Shown: positions 18,528-28,572 of the stretch, piece by piece
How the letters are laid out: every line of letters starts with the position of its first letter
Position numbering within the stretch: the first letter of the stretch is position 1
Assembly: GCA_030649135.1 (NCBI GenBank)
Contig: JAUSGI010000007.1
Span: 1-51,165, forward strand
Source of the DNA: a bacterium
GTDB taxonomy: Bacteria > Patescibacteriota > Minisyncoccia > Phycocordibacterales > Zambryskibacteraceae
Length of the DNA stretch: 51,165 nucleotides
Direction: 5' to 3'
The notes under the pieces: generated by a model
Told to the model about the DNA's origin: nothing
What the model saw: only the letters and a program-made list of their open reading frames with translations
The model's database searches: none
Position numbers and translations under genes: made by a program

Positions 18528-19298
18528 CTAGCCTATCATAGATAGCGCGTTATTGACAAGAGTAGCCCTTACTACATCTTCGTCCTCTCCCCTAATCTCG
18601 GCAACTTTCTTGACCACTTCGCTCACGTAACTAGGTTCGTTGCGCTTGCCTCGGTATGGTACCGGAGTTACGTAAGGCGAGTCCGTCTCTGACATAATCA
18701 TGTTTAGAGGTGCGAACTTGATAACTTCGTCATAGTCATGCGTGAAAGTAACTACCCCCGTGAAAGAAACCGTGAACCCAATATTAAAAAATCTTTTGGC
18801 TGTATCAACATCTCCGGCAAAGAAATGGACATTACCGCGCAGCTTGTCCCTGTGTGCTTTTTTAAGCGGTCCTAGAATCCCGAGTAATTCTTCATAAGCG
18901 TCTCTCGCATGAATCATCAGGGGTTTGTTGTGCATGATGGCAAAGTCAATTTGGTCTAAAAACAATTTTTTCTGCCTCTCGTAATCAGTATCTTTATCGG
19001 CGTGAAAAAAATCTAGGCCACATTCCCCTACCGCTACCACCTTGGGATGTTTGACTAATTCATCAAATTTTTCTTTTTCAAAACTCTCGCTCGGATTATC
19101 CACCGGATGAACCCCAATACAAGCGTAGATTTCCTCATGCTTATCCGCCAAATTTACAGCCATTTTGGAAGATTCTAAATCCGTACCGATGACTATAGTA
19201 TGAGTGCCGGTTTCCTTGAGCCGTGAAATTACTTCACCCCTGTCCGAGTCGTATTGGGAAGCATTGAGATGCGAATGGACATCAAAATATTTAGGCAT
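18528..19298 (-). CDS. tatD: TatD-family metal-dependent DNase/hydrolase
   Basis: FDVHSHL N-terminal His motif, with conserved His/Asp/Glu positions throughout. Confidence 0.85.
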   Translation of the reverse strand: MPKYFDVHSHLNASQYDSDRGEVISRLKETGTHTIVIGTDLESSKMAVNLADKHEEIYACIGVHPVDNPSESFEKEKFDELVKHPKVVAVGECGLDFFHADKDTDYERQKKLFLDQIDFAIMHNKPLMIHARDAYEELLGILGPLKKAHRDKLRGNVHFFAGDVDTAKRFFNIGFTVSFTGVVTFTHDYDEVIKFAPLNMIMSETDSPYVTPVPYRGKRNEPSYVSEVVKKVAEIRGEDEDVVRATLVNNALSMIG

Positions 19299-19300
19299 TA

Positions 19301-20713
19301 TTAGTCTTTGCGAGGGAAAAGGTTTTCTGGTTTCTTTAAATTTTCTAAACTGTTTTTAATAATTCCGGCTGTCTTAGGCATTATCGGAACAAGTAAGTGA
19401 GCTATCTCAAATAGATTAGTACATAAATCAGATACTATATTTATCGCAACATCGTGATCCGTTTTATACTTTTTGTATGGTTCCTCATCCTGGATTTTTT
19501 TATCTACCTTTTGAATCAACTCCCATATGTGATTCACGTAATCTTGAATATCTAATTTTTTTATAGAATTATTTTCTACATTCCCTACTGAAGAATTGAC
19601 CGTGCTCACACCATACTTGTCAGCCATAGTTAAGACCCTTGACACTAAATTACCTAAACCATTTGCAAGACCCGCATCATACCATTCATCTAATCTCTCC
19701 AATGTAATATCTGTATCGTCAGTCGGATGTACATGCCTAAGCAAGAGATAGCGAGTGCCATCTACGCCATATCTCTTAACCATATCCTGTGGACTAATTA
19801 CATTCCCCAGAGATTTGGACATCTTATGACCGCCGGAGTTAATGAAGCCGTGATAGAAGACTTGGTTAGTATTTTTTATACCTGCAGACATAAGCATTGC
19901 CTGCCACATAAGAGACTGGAATCTTACTTGGTCTTTCCCCGCTAACTGTAAGGTGTGTCCTTCTTCCCAAAACTTTTTGAAATTTCCGTCTTTATCTTCT
20001 GGCCAACCAAGGGTAGAGATATAACTAGTCAAGGCATCGAACCAGACATACATTACTTGCGTATCGTCCCCAGGCACTGGTACACCCCAAGAGAGGCGCC
20101 TTTTCTCTCTAGAAATACTAAAATCTTCCAAACCTTCTTGTACAAAATTGATGGCTTCCTCTCTACGCCATTCCGGTATGATAACGTCTGGATTTTTTAG
20201 GTAGTTGAGTAGTTTTTCTTCATATTTTTTAAATTTGAAAAACCAGTTTCTTTCTTTAAGCAGTTGCGGTTCGGTTTGATGGATAGAACATTTGCCATCA
20301 ATCATATCTCTTTCAGCCAGAAACCGTTCACACCCAACACAGTAAAGCCCCTCGAATTCTTTTTCATAAATATCATCGTTTTTCTTGCACCTGGCCCACA
20401 ACTCTTGTGCGGCTTTGATATGATCTTCACTTGTGGTGCGAATAAATTTTAAGTTATCAGATAGACCGAGCATATTTTTGAGATTCTCGAATTCCTTAGC
20501 ATAACGCTCCACATATAATTCGACTTTTTCTCCAGCCTTCTCGGCGGCATTAAAAATCTTCTGACCATGCTCGTCTGTGCCCGTGTTAAAGAAAACTTCT
20601 TCGCCGACTCTATTTCGGGCTATGACATCTGCCACCAAAATTTCATAGGCAAAACCGATATGCGGCTCCGCATTGACGTAAGGAAGAGTGGTAGTTATGT
20701 AAAACGATTTCAT
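19301..20713 (-). CDS. metG: Methionyl-tRNA synthetase (short form)
   Basis: PHIGFAYE HIGH-class motif, YVWFDAL, a Cys-knuckle CVGCERF...C, and KMSKSLGNVI. Confidence 0.9.
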   Translation of the reverse strand: MKSFYITTTLPYVNAEPHIGFAYEILVADVIARNRVGEEVFFNTGTDEHGQKIFNAAEKAGEKVELYVERYAKEFENLKNMLGLSDNLKFIRTTSEDHIKAAQELWARCKKNDDIYEKEFEGLYCVGCERFLAERDMIDGKCSIHQTEPQLLKERNWFFKFKKYEEKLLNYLKNPDVIIPEWRREEAINFVQEGLEDFSISREKRRLSWGVPVPGDDTQVMYVWFDALTSYISTLGWPEDKDGNFKKFWEEGHTLQLAGKDQVRFQSLMWQAMLMSAGIKNTNQVFYHGFINSGGHKMSKSLGNVISPQDMVKRYGVDGTRYLLLRHVHPTDDTDITLERLDEWYDAGLANGLGNLVSRVLTMADKYGVSTVNSSVGNVENNSIKKLDIQDYVNHIWELIQKVDKKIQDEEPYKKYKTDHDVAINIVSDLCTNLFEIAHLLVPIMPKTAGIIKNSLENLKKPENLFPRKD

Positions 20714-21774
20714 TCGGTTCCCGACATTTTAGCGATTTTACGCTCCTCTAGGTCAGAGATAAACTCCATGACCGCAGCGGCCACCGGGACCGAGATAAGT
20801 ACACCGAGAAAACCAGCTAGGGTCCCGCCAATGACTAACGCCATGATGGAAATCATGGGTGGCACCCCGACCATTTTCTTGACCACCATAGGATAAATGA
20901 GATGGCTCTCGAGCTGTTGAATCACGACATAGAGTCCAGCCACAATAAGAGTGATGCTCATACCACCCCACGTATAAGCCACAAACAAAGTAGGAATGGC
21001 CGCGAGGGTCGCGCCAAAGAGCGGAATGAGTTCAAACACTCCGGCCAAAACCGCAAGCAACAGGGCATGCGGGACACCTATGCTAAACAATACAAGATAG
21101 ACGAGCACCATTACGAGCGCCGACGAGAGAAGCTGACCCTGCATCCAAAGGCCAATTTTGTGCTGCGAACGTCGCCATAGTCCGATGATGTATTGCTCAT
21201 GTTTAATGGGGGTAATTATTTTTAGGAATTTGCTGATACCGTCTTCTTGCGCCACCATATAAAAAGAGAGTACCAAAATAAGCACGGAATTCACTACCCC
21301 GCCGAAGATTAGAGAAACGCTCGAAAAGACTCCTTGGGACAGAAAGCCGGACAAAGCGTTCAGTTGGGAGCTTAGTTCTCTAATAACGAAAGGTGTATCA
21401 AAACCTCCAAACAGGTTTTGGGTTCTAAACATGTCGGAGAGAATACCGCCACTTGTGACAGAGTTGGAATATATCGTCAATGTTCTGATGAAGTTGGATA
21501 TCTCACCGACAAGTGGCAGAAGAAGGAAATAGAAAAGACCGGCAAGCACCAGCGCCAAGATGATATAAACCAGGAGCACCATTGGCAAACGGGGGATATT
21601 TCTCTTCTTGGCCCAACCAGTGGCCGGTTCTATAGCTGAAGCGATAACCACCGAAGCGATGATGACCAAAATAAATTCGCCAGCAAGAAAAAGGGCGTAG
21701 GCTATGGCTACTACCACCACACCCCTCACCCAACTGCCGATAGTGATCTCCCACTTCTGCTTGTCTTCACTCAT
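20710..21774 (-). CDS. AI-2E family transporter (PF01594/UPF0118)
   Basis: Eight predicted TM helices and a family-typical hydropathy pattern with a C-terminal acidic tail. Confidence 0.8.
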   Translation of the reverse strand: MSEDKQKWEITIGSWVRGVVVVAIAYALFLAGEFILVIIASVVIASAIEPATGWAKKRNIPRLPMVLLVYIILALVLAGLFYFLLLPLVGEISNFIRTLTIYSNSVTSGGILSDMFRTQNLFGGFDTPFVIRELSSQLNALSGFLSQGVFSSVSLIFGGVVNSVLILVLSFYMVAQEDGISKFLKIITPIKHEQYIIGLWRRSQHKIGLWMQGQLLSSALVMVLVYLVLFSIGVPHALLLAVLAGVFELIPLFGATLAAIPTLFVAYTWGGMSITLIVAGLYVVIQQLESHLIYPMVVKKMVGVPPMISIMALVIGGTLAGFLGVLISVPVAAAVMEFISDLEERKIAKMSGTE

Positions 21775-21793
21775 AAAAATATGATAGCACTAT

Positions 21794-23563
21794 TTAACGA
21801 GTTTTAAATCCCTTGGCCAATTTCTCAAGCTTAGCTATATCTTTTTCCACCCCCTTTAGGCCAGCCTCAAAAAAGGCGTTTTTGGACGTATCTATGCCTA
21901 TTGATTTGAATATATCTTCCGGCCTCATCGACCCTCCGGCACTCAAAAATGTCTTTATTTTCTTGGCATAAGTATGGTCCGCTTTCCATTTTTCATACAA
22001 TGCCCGGCTGATCAGTCGACCGTATGCGTAAGTATAAACATAGAAGAAGCGGCGGATATGGGACCAACATACATAGAAATACCCATCATCATCAGTCACT
22101 TCTACAGCATCTCCCAAATAAGATTTCAGGTGCTTGGACATAAGTTTGGCAATATTTTCTTTAGAGACCTGGCCATCTCGTCTAATACTTTCATGCAATT
22201 CTAACTCGAAGTTAAAACAAGCTACCTGGCGAAAGATAGTGGAAATATCTCCAAGGAGCCGGTTATGAAGCAATATGATTTGCTCCTTATTAGAGAGAAG
22301 TTTTTCTGTTTCCTCTGAAACTACTTGTTCAAAAAAAGTGCTGGCTACCTCTGCTGTCGCGATCGTGTAATCTCTATACCTCGATGGTTGGCTCTTGCTC
22401 AACTCTGTGTGAATCGCATGCCCCATTTCGTGAGCTAATGTTTCGAAAGATTTTAGAGTATCAACGTGATTGAGCAGTACAAACGTCGGCAATTGGCCGT
22501 GTCCAGAACAATAAGCCCCCCCAGTTTTACCTTTTTTGGGATAGACATCTATTTGCCCGTTTTCTAAGAACTTATCGAATATTTCTGAATACTCTTTGTC
22601 AAAATTACCCAGGGCAGTCCGCAACATGTTCACAGACTTAGGAAAATCAAATTTGGTCTTTATGTCACCGATATTAACGTTTCTGTCTGCAGGTTTTATT
22701 TTCCTTTCCCCAAGTAACTTGGCGTGCAACTTGTAAAATCTATGCGATATCTTGAAATGCTTCGATACCAGGGAGATAAGGGTCTCTATGGCTTTCTCAT
22801 TATTTTCGTAACCCAATATCGTCGCGCTATAAGGTTTCCTATACCCGCGGCGCTTATCCATTATTTTCTTGAAATTGTATATGGCATTAAGTTCGCCTTC
22901 GGCCATGTGGCTAATGGATTTTAAGACAATATTTATCTTGCCATAGATATCTCTTCTGTCTTTCTTGGGCATATGGGATAGACTATCGATAGCTTTAGAG
23001 ACGGAAAGGTCCTTCCCTTTGTATTTGATGGCCTGTCGGTTCAATAGTTTCTCTTGTGTATCTACCCACATTCCATAGCCGGGTTGCGACAACAAGTCTT
23101 CCAGTTGCTCTTCGCCTTCAGAGAGATTGTATTTGGCATTGGAAAATATTTGGTAAAGAAGATATTTATAAGGTTTGAGAGCGGGGTAATTTAAGAATAT
23201 TCTTTGCTTGTTGGTCGGTACTTTAGCAATTTCTAATCCGAGGAATTTAATTTTGTTTCCCGCTTCCGTTAGCCGCTGGCCGTATTTGGTAGAAACAGCA
23301 AACGATTTGCTATCGCTGGAGTCTAGGTCTGTTTTGAAATGGAAATAGCGTGACGGACCACAAGAATCAATGCGCTCGTTTAGCTTTTCTGATTCGTTGA
23401 GTATTTTCAAGAGCTCCTGTGGAGTATTGGTAAACTGCTTGCCCTTATACTTTTTTTCGAAAGATGCACAAAGCGTCTCAATAGCCTTAAGGTCTTTCTC
23501 TATTTGAGGATCCTTGTCGCTCTTATAGAGTAGCTTCAGATTCCAAGAAGTCTTTATCTTCAT
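21794..23563 (-). CDS. pepF: Oligoendopeptidase F (M3B metallopeptidase)
   Basis: HEMGH zinc motif (LAHEMGHAIHTELS). The 589-aa length and layout are typical of PepF. Confidence 0.85.
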   Translation of the reverse strand: MKIKTSWNLKLLYKSDKDPQIEKDLKAIETLCASFEKKYKGKQFTNTPQELLKILNESEKLNERIDSCGPSRYFHFKTDLDSSDSKSFAVSTKYGQRLTEAGNKIKFLGLEIAKVPTNKQRIFLNYPALKPYKYLLYQIFSNAKYNLSEGEEQLEDLLSQPGYGMWVDTQEKLLNRQAIKYKGKDLSVSKAIDSLSHMPKKDRRDIYGKINIVLKSISHMAEGELNAIYNFKKIMDKRRGYRKPYSATILGYENNEKAIETLISLVSKHFKISHRFYKLHAKLLGERKIKPADRNVNIGDIKTKFDFPKSVNMLRTALGNFDKEYSEIFDKFLENGQIDVYPKKGKTGGAYCSGHGQLPTFVLLNHVDTLKSFETLAHEMGHAIHTELSKSQPSRYRDYTIATAEVASTFFEQVVSEETEKLLSNKEQIILLHNRLLGDISTIFRQVACFNFELELHESIRRDGQVSKENIAKLMSKHLKSYLGDAVEVTDDDGYFYVCWSHIRRFFYVYTYAYGRLISRALYEKWKADHTYAKKIKTFLSAGGSMRPEDIFKSIGIDTSKNAFFEAGLKGVEKDIAKLEKLAKGFKTR

Positions 23564-23580
23564 GAGAAAGATAGAATACC

Positions 23581-24747
23581 CTAAATGATAGCTTCTTTCA
23601 AATCAGTAATCTTAAGCCGCTTCTGCTCCCCTGTATCGCGGTCTCGCAAAGTTACGGTATCGTCCTCGAGAGTATCGAAGTCTATGGTGATGCAATAAGG
23701 CGTGCCGATTTCATCTTGTCTCCTGTAACGCTTGCCAATGTTACCGTTATCGTCAAATTGGATATTGGAAATGTCTTTTTTGAGCATTGAATAAACTTCC
23801 CGCGCTTTTGAAACCAAATCCGGCTTGTTCTTGAGAAGTGGAAAAACAGCCGTACGAATAGGAGCAATAAGTTTAGGTAACTTCAAATAGGTTCTCGATT
23901 CCCCACCGAGCTCATCTTCGGTATAAGCGGAAAGAAGTACCGCAAGCACGGTACGGTCCACTCCGAGAGATGGTTCGATCACATGAGGAACAAATCTTTC
24001 TCCCGTTTTTTCGTCAAGGTAATCCAGATTGTGATTCTTCAGGTCAAAGTCTGTGCGATAGGCCAAGCCCCACAGTTCCCCCCTGCCAAATGGATAATCA
24101 AACTGAAAGTCGATGGTTCGTTTGGAATAATGAGCTCTGTCACTCTCCGGCACTTCAAGTTCGTGCATATTTTCTATACCGATGTCTGCGGCAAAGCCCT
24201 TCATTATTTCTCTCCAGTCTTCAAAATGCTTTTCCCATTCATTCGCTCTGATAAAATACTCAACTTCCATCTGTTCAAACTCGCGCAAGCGGAAGATGAA
24301 ATCTCTAGGGGATATCTCGTTTCTGAAGGCTTTGCCGACTTGCGCTACTCCGAAAGGAAGTTCTGGATGATGAGCATCGATTACATTTTTGAAGTCGGCG
24401 AAAATACCTTGGGCAGTTTCTGGACGCAGGTGAGAAGTAGTCGCATCCTCCCCCGTGCCGACTTGGATTTTAAATATTTCATTGCCGAAATTTGAAACAT
24501 GCCCAGAAGCTTCTAAAACTTTAGGATTACTAATTATAGAGGTGTCGGTTACAAACATGTCTTCGCGATCAAATATGAACCTTTGCTTCCAGAGACATTT
24601 GATATTTTCCTTCAAAATTGCCCCGTAGTGACCATAGTTCCAAAATCCGGCAAAGCCACCGTAGATTTCTGAACTGGGATAGATAAACCCCCGCCTTTTG
24701 CAAAGCGAGACAATTTTCTCCATCAAATCTGAATCTTTTGGGCTCAT
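23581..24747 (-). CDS. glyQS: Glycyl-tRNA synthetase, dimeric (alpha2) type
   Basis: Class II core motifs, GlyRS-specific segments (FRNEISPRDF, EPSLGVDR), and a C-terminal anticodon-binding domain. Confidence 0.88.
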   Translation of the reverse strand: MSPKDSDLMEKIVSLCKRRGFIYPSSEIYGGFAGFWNYGHYGAILKENIKCLWKQRFIFDREDMFVTDTSIISNPKVLEASGHVSNFGNEIFKIQVGTGEDATTSHLRPETAQGIFADFKNVIDAHHPELPFGVAQVGKAFRNEISPRDFIFRLREFEQMEVEYFIRANEWEKHFEDWREIMKGFAADIGIENMHELEVPESDRAHYSKRTIDFQFDYPFGRGELWGLAYRTDFDLKNHNLDYLDEKTGERFVPHVIEPSLGVDRTVLAVLLSAYTEDELGGESRTYLKLPKLIAPIRTAVFPLLKNKPDLVSKAREVYSMLKKDISNIQFDDNGNIGKRYRRQDEIGTPYCITIDFDTLEDDTVTLRDRDTGEQKRLKITDLKEAII

Positions 24748-26726
24748 TATTTCACCACTATATCATCTCCTTGAATAAACGCTGGGTCCGACGTCAGGCG
24801 GGTGGTCAAAGGAGGATTCGTGGTAGTCACCGTCTTGCCGGTCTGCGTATCTCGACCGGAAAGCGCGATACTTGTGACCAAACTCGGAGCTGTTCCCACC
24901 TGAATAATAGACGGGGTGAGCGCGATTTGGAAAGCCAGTTCTCTAGCGGCGGAAGAGAAACCGGTATCGGATGTTAACGTTCCCAAGTTCCAAGTGACCG
25001 TATTCGAAGCAGAGTCATAAGAAATATCATCACCGGTAAAACTCGATGCCCCCAGCCAGCTGACGCCCTGCCCCAGTTTGGCAGTAACTTTGGCATCCGC
25101 CAAGTCGCCTTGAGTATTACCAACACTAAAGATGGCGGTGTAAGTAGTTTTCTCCCCCACTTTGGGCGGGATGGGTCCTTCGTTAGAAAATGAGCCCAAG
25201 GAACGCAAAACTCTGGAAGAAAAATTGACTTGAGACGATATTCTCACGATACGAGTTTCTCTCACCACCACAGGTCTCTGGCCCACCGCACCAACCGGCA
25301 CGCCTGTAATCGAGACGTTAAGAGTAATGTCGTGCGTGCCTGCCGGCAAAGACAAACTGGGCAAAGAGGCGAACCTTAGGGTTACCCGCCCGTCTTCTCC
25401 GGGAGCAAGTTCTGCATTGCCAAGCGTGTTCGTTAAATTCCAAACAAACTTCTGGTTGACGGGGTCATAAATGCCATTATCGGCGGAAATGGATAATTTA
25501 TCTAAGGCCACGCCGGAGAGACTGACTTCAAGACGTGGCGCAAGCAGCCTATCCGGCAAGTTATTTCGAAACAAAATAGAGGCGGAAACGGCTCGGGCGA
25601 CCGGTGCTACATAAGTAGCCAAGTTTTCCCCGTTAAATAAAACATTTAAACCAATGGAAGGCCGGTCTACGGCAACGGTGTCCAATAGAGAGACGAGAGT
25701 AATTTTAAGATTCGGACTCGCGCTGTCTCCGTCTGACACACCGACATAGAACCTGAAGGTTCGTTCTTCCCTATCCTCCCCAAGCAACTGACCGCTAATA
25801 GAAATCGTTTTCTTGCTCCCAGGTGATAAATCACCAAGTACCCACATATTATTGTCGGCGACAGCTGCCGGTAGAGAATCAACAACGCTGTATCCGTAAG
25901 GATATTCCGCCTTCAAAACGACATTCTTTAAAACTTCCGTGGAATTCAAAGTAACCGAGACAACAGTGGTAAAAAGATCTCCGGAAGTGGTGGAATCCGG
26001 ACTTTCCACGGTAAGAGTCACGGGTGCGTTCCCTATAGCAATCTCAAATATTTTATCTTTGTAGAAGGTGGCATTCGAACCCTTAACTTTATATTCGACC
26101 GAAAATTTTATCTCTTTAACTTCCCCGGATGAGCCCAGAAGCGCCACCCGCACATTGCGCACAGTCTCGTCACCGGCTCCGATGACACCCAAATTATCTT
26201 TGGTATAGGTCAGAGACTCGGCAGTATTATCTGGATTGCGACTGCCGGGCGGGTATTGAATGGAGAGATTGGCAAACTCGAGGTCGGCGTTATTCGTATT
26301 GGAGATACTGACGCCCAGTTCCAATACTTCCCCAGCTGATATGGTGGCCGGACCCAGTACATTAATATTCACGTTCCTGGAAGAAATAAAATTAGCGCCC
26401 CCCACGAACACAAAAAGCGCCACTCCGATAGTGGCTATAAAAAATAAAAAGGCGGAAATGAAAACTTTTTTCATAAAAGGGTTGACCGGAGGAATGACGC
26501 GTTCATGCTTGAGCATTTCATCCAGTTCCGGAGTCTGCCACTTCTCCCCAACATCTGATGACTCAAACTCCTTAATCGGGCTACGCTTGTCCAAAGGGTC
26601 TCGATAACGCGTCCGTGAGTAGAGTGTGTCATTCAACCCTTCGATTTTGCTCTTGTCTTTCTCTTCCATATTATAAGTATAACTCAAAAAGTGGAGCTTG
26701 ATTGTTTGACTGATTATGTGCCACAA
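24747..26726 (-). CDS. Large membrane-anchored surface protein with repeated Ig-like beta domains
   Basis: An 85-aa cytoplasmic head, the TM VFISAFLFFIATIGVALFVFV, then ~550 aa of Thr/Ser/Val/Asn-rich beta repeats. Confidence 0.6.
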   Translation of the reverse strand: MWHIISQTIKLHFLSYTYNMEEKDKSKIEGLNDTLYSRTRYRDPLDKRSPIKEFESSDVGEKWQTPELDEMLKHERVIPPVNPFMKKVFISAFLFFIATIGVALFVFVGGANFISSRNVNINVLGPATISAGEVLELGVSISNTNNADLEFANLSIQYPPGSRNPDNTAESLTYTKDNLGVIGAGDETVRNVRVALLGSSGEVKEIKFSVEYKVKGSNATFYKDKIFEIAIGNAPVTLTVESPDSTTSGDLFTTVVSVTLNSTEVLKNVVLKAEYPYGYSVVDSLPAAVADNNMWVLGDLSPGSKKTISISGQLLGEDREERTFRFYVGVSDGDSASPNLKITLVSLLDTVAVDRPSIGLNVLFNGENLATYVAPVARAVSASILFRNNLPDRLLAPRLEVSLSGVALDKLSISADNGIYDPVNQKFVWNLTNTLGNAELAPGEDGRVTLRFASLPSLSLPAGTHDITLNVSITGVPVGAVGQRPVVVRETRIVRISSQVNFSSRVLRSLGSFSNEGPIPPKVGEKTTYTAIFSVGNTQGDLADAKVTAKLGQGVSWLGASSFTGDDISYDSASNTVTWNLGTLTSDTGFSSAARELAFQIALTPSIIQVGTAPSLVTSIALSGRDTQTGKTVTTTNPPLTTRLTSDPAFIQGDDIVVK

Positions 26727-26780
26727 TCAACTACAGATTTTCCCTAGATGAATCATGGGGAAAACAGATAGGGGGACAGG

Positions 26781-27131
26781 ATGCCCGACCAAGTCCAGCT
26801 TGACCGAGAGCTCAGAAGCAGTCTCATGGCCCGCGGACTCAAGTTCCTGGAAGACTTGCGCCTGAGCCGCACAGACGCAAGGCCCACCTCCCGTGAGTTC
26901 GAGGAGTGGCAAGATTCCGACACCGGACTTAAGCTGCTCGAGATGAGCTCAGCAACCATCAAGCAGATGATGGGAGCGCTCGAGCGGTTTCAGCACGGCG
27001 GCTACGGCATCTGCAACGAGTGCGGGGAAGAGATCAGCGAGGCCCGCCTGCGGGCCCTGCCGTTCGCAACTCGGTGCACGAGATGCCAGAACCAGTACGA
27101 GACTCCACGGCACGGAATCCTCTTCGCCTAA
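26781..27131 (+). CDS. TraR/DksA-family C4 zinc-finger protein
   Basis: C-terminal GICNECGEEISEARLRALPFATRCTRCQ is the canonical DksA/TraR CxxC-x17-CxxC finger. It lies in the GC-rich island. Confidence 0.8.
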   Translation: MPDQVQLDRELRSSLMARGLKFLEDLRLSRTDARPTSREFEEWQDSDTGLKLLEMSSATIKQMMGALERFQHGGYGICNECGEEISEARLRALPFATRCTRCQNQYETPRHGILFA

Positions 27132-27140
27132 CGCGTCCCA

Positions 27141-27176
27141 CGTGCCCCGGTAGCAGTACCGCCGGGGCACGTTTTT
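27141..27176 (+). terminator. Rho-independent terminator (cgtgccccgg...ccggggcacg + TTTTT)
   Basis: 10-bp perfect stem 10 nt after the traR/dksA stop. Confidence 0.8.
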
Positions 27177-27318
27177 AAATGTAAAACTTTTCATTCTAAA
27201 TCTTAATCTGGAATGCCAATAGATTACTTAAGTGTAAACGAAAAAGGCGCCCGATGTGAATCGAAGCGCCCATGACCTCCTTTCAGAGAGTCTTCCGCCT
27301 ACAGCGGAGTCAAAAAGT

Positions 27319-27867
27319 CTAGCTGCTAGAAACGACCTGGCGGCCCGAGGACCACCCGCTCGGGTCCTCGACGGAGTAGGCGTTGACAAGCCAGCCGCCG
27401 TCGTCGGCGCTCCAGCCCGCGTCCACGGGACAGAGGTTCCCATCCCTACCTCGAAGGTAGAAGACGAACCACTCCGTACTCCTCCGGTTATCGGCAAGGA
27501 ATGCCTTGAACCGGGAGGCTGAGATCTCGGCCTTGTCGCCGAGCTCCGCGAGGATCGGGGCGTCGAGGGCATCTTCTGTGAGCCTGTGAACCTTGAGTTC
27601 ACCTGCCTCCGTTGCCTCGACCCTGAGTCCCAGGAACTGGGACTCGAAGTTTTCCCCCATCCAGCGCACCCCGGCTTCCTCGAAATACTTCTTCGAGGTA
27701 GTGATTGCCGGCTGGGCGATCACCTTTACCATGCGGACCATGGCGAGAATCGTCTCGAAGGCGACCTTGCCCTGCCCGCCGATGAAGCGGAGGAAGTTGT
27801 CCCAGCCGCCCATGCGGTTGATGCAAGCTTCCGTCTGCCCAGCGGTTACATCATTGTACTTGCCCAT
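27319..27867 (-). CDS. Hypothetical protein with C-terminal C-type-lectin-like module, paralogous to the DGR target variable region
   Basis: GAGGAG RBS 7 nt before MGKYND. C-terminus ...GWSADDGGWLVNAYSVEDPSGWSSGRQVVSSS aligns with the DGR target tail DDGRWLCAY...P.YRW...VSQVSS. ~60% GC. Confidence 0.6.
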   Translation of the reverse strand: MGKYNDVTAGQTEACINRMGGWDNFLRFIGGQGKVAFETILAMVRMVKVIAQPAITTSKKYFEEAGVRWMGENFESQFLGLRVEATEAGELKVHRLTEDALDAPILAELGDKAEISASRFKAFLADNRRSTEWFVFYLRGRDGNLCPVDAGWSADDGGWLVNAYSVEDPSGWSSGRQVVSSS

Positions 27868-27939
27868 TAGAGTCTCCTCTCGGCTCAAAGCCGATGGTTT
27901 CCCTCTGCCCGAGGTTGTGGGGGCTTAGCAACACCATGT

Positions 27940-27991
27940 CGCCATAGCTTTGAATGTCCTAAGAAACCCTGGGAGACTCAAAGCTATGGCG
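27940..27991. repeat. 14-bp perfect inverted repeat (cgccatagctttga / tcaaagctatggcg) with 24-nt loop at the island boundary
   Basis: Seen directly at 27940-27953 and 27978-27991. It sits at the GC-rich to AT-rich transition upstream of the island gene and downstream of recO. Confidence 0.7.
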
Positions 27992-28059
27992 AATTTCTGC
28001 AACTAGTCCTATAAAAGAGCCTTTTATTTATCTTTCTTCATTATACACCTAAAGATATA

Positions 28060-28572
28060 CTATGTCAAGTGACTAGATTGCATGCCTTCATTTATGGCCT
28101 TGATTATAGCTTTTTTATCCAAATCCAAATCTGCTTCGTTGAGGTAGCCCAGATGAAAAAGAATTTGTGAGACTAGGCGGATTTCAAACATTTCATCGTC
28201 AGGATGTAGAAAAAGAACAGACTGCTCTAGCATATCAAATAGTTCCGGGTGCGGGTCTTCCCCCTGGACCAATTTTTCTATAAGAGACAGGGGCCTTGCA
28301 ATGCCGGACGAGCCAGAAATCTTTTGCAATAACTGTGCCGAAGTCAGCCGCCAATATTCTTTACCTTTCACAAAAGAAATGGACGAGAGCGAGAACGGTT
28401 CGAGATTGCCACGAAGCTTGGAAACTTCCTTGCGCACACCGGTAGCCATGGCACGCACCAAACCAAGGTCACGAGTCATAATGGTGTAAATCCTATCAGC
28501 TTCCCGCATCGGCCTTTCGGAAAGTACGATACCCTTGGTGGTGTAAATGTGATAAGACACCTTAATATTCAA
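28060..28572 (-). CDS. recO: DNA repair protein RecO (short form)
   Basis: N-terminal OB domain pattern (GIVL...READRIYTIMTRDLGLVRAMATGVRK) consistent with RecO. Confidence 0.7.
   Translation of the reverse strand: MNIKVSYHIYTTKGIVLSERPMREADRIYTIMTRDLGLVRAMATGVRKEVSKLRGNLEPFSLSSISFVKGKEYWRLTSAQLLQKISGSSGIARPLSLIEKLVQGEDPHPELFDMLEQSVLFLHPDDEMFEIRLVSQILFHLGYLNEADLDLDKKAIIKAINEGMQSSHLT

Noticed and set aside
26727-27928. Stack of overlapping ORFs in all frames in the GC-rich island (e.g. 26727..26912, 26753..26962, 26949..27194, 27228..27602, 27256..27522, 27586..27870, 27593..27928, 27599..27826)
   Set aside because: High GC suppresses stop codons, and most of these are Arg/Ser/Pro/Ala low-complexity reads. 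Only the TraR/DksA frame (zinc finger plus terminator) and the 27319..27867 frame (RBS, non-repetitive, homologous C-terminus) were kept.
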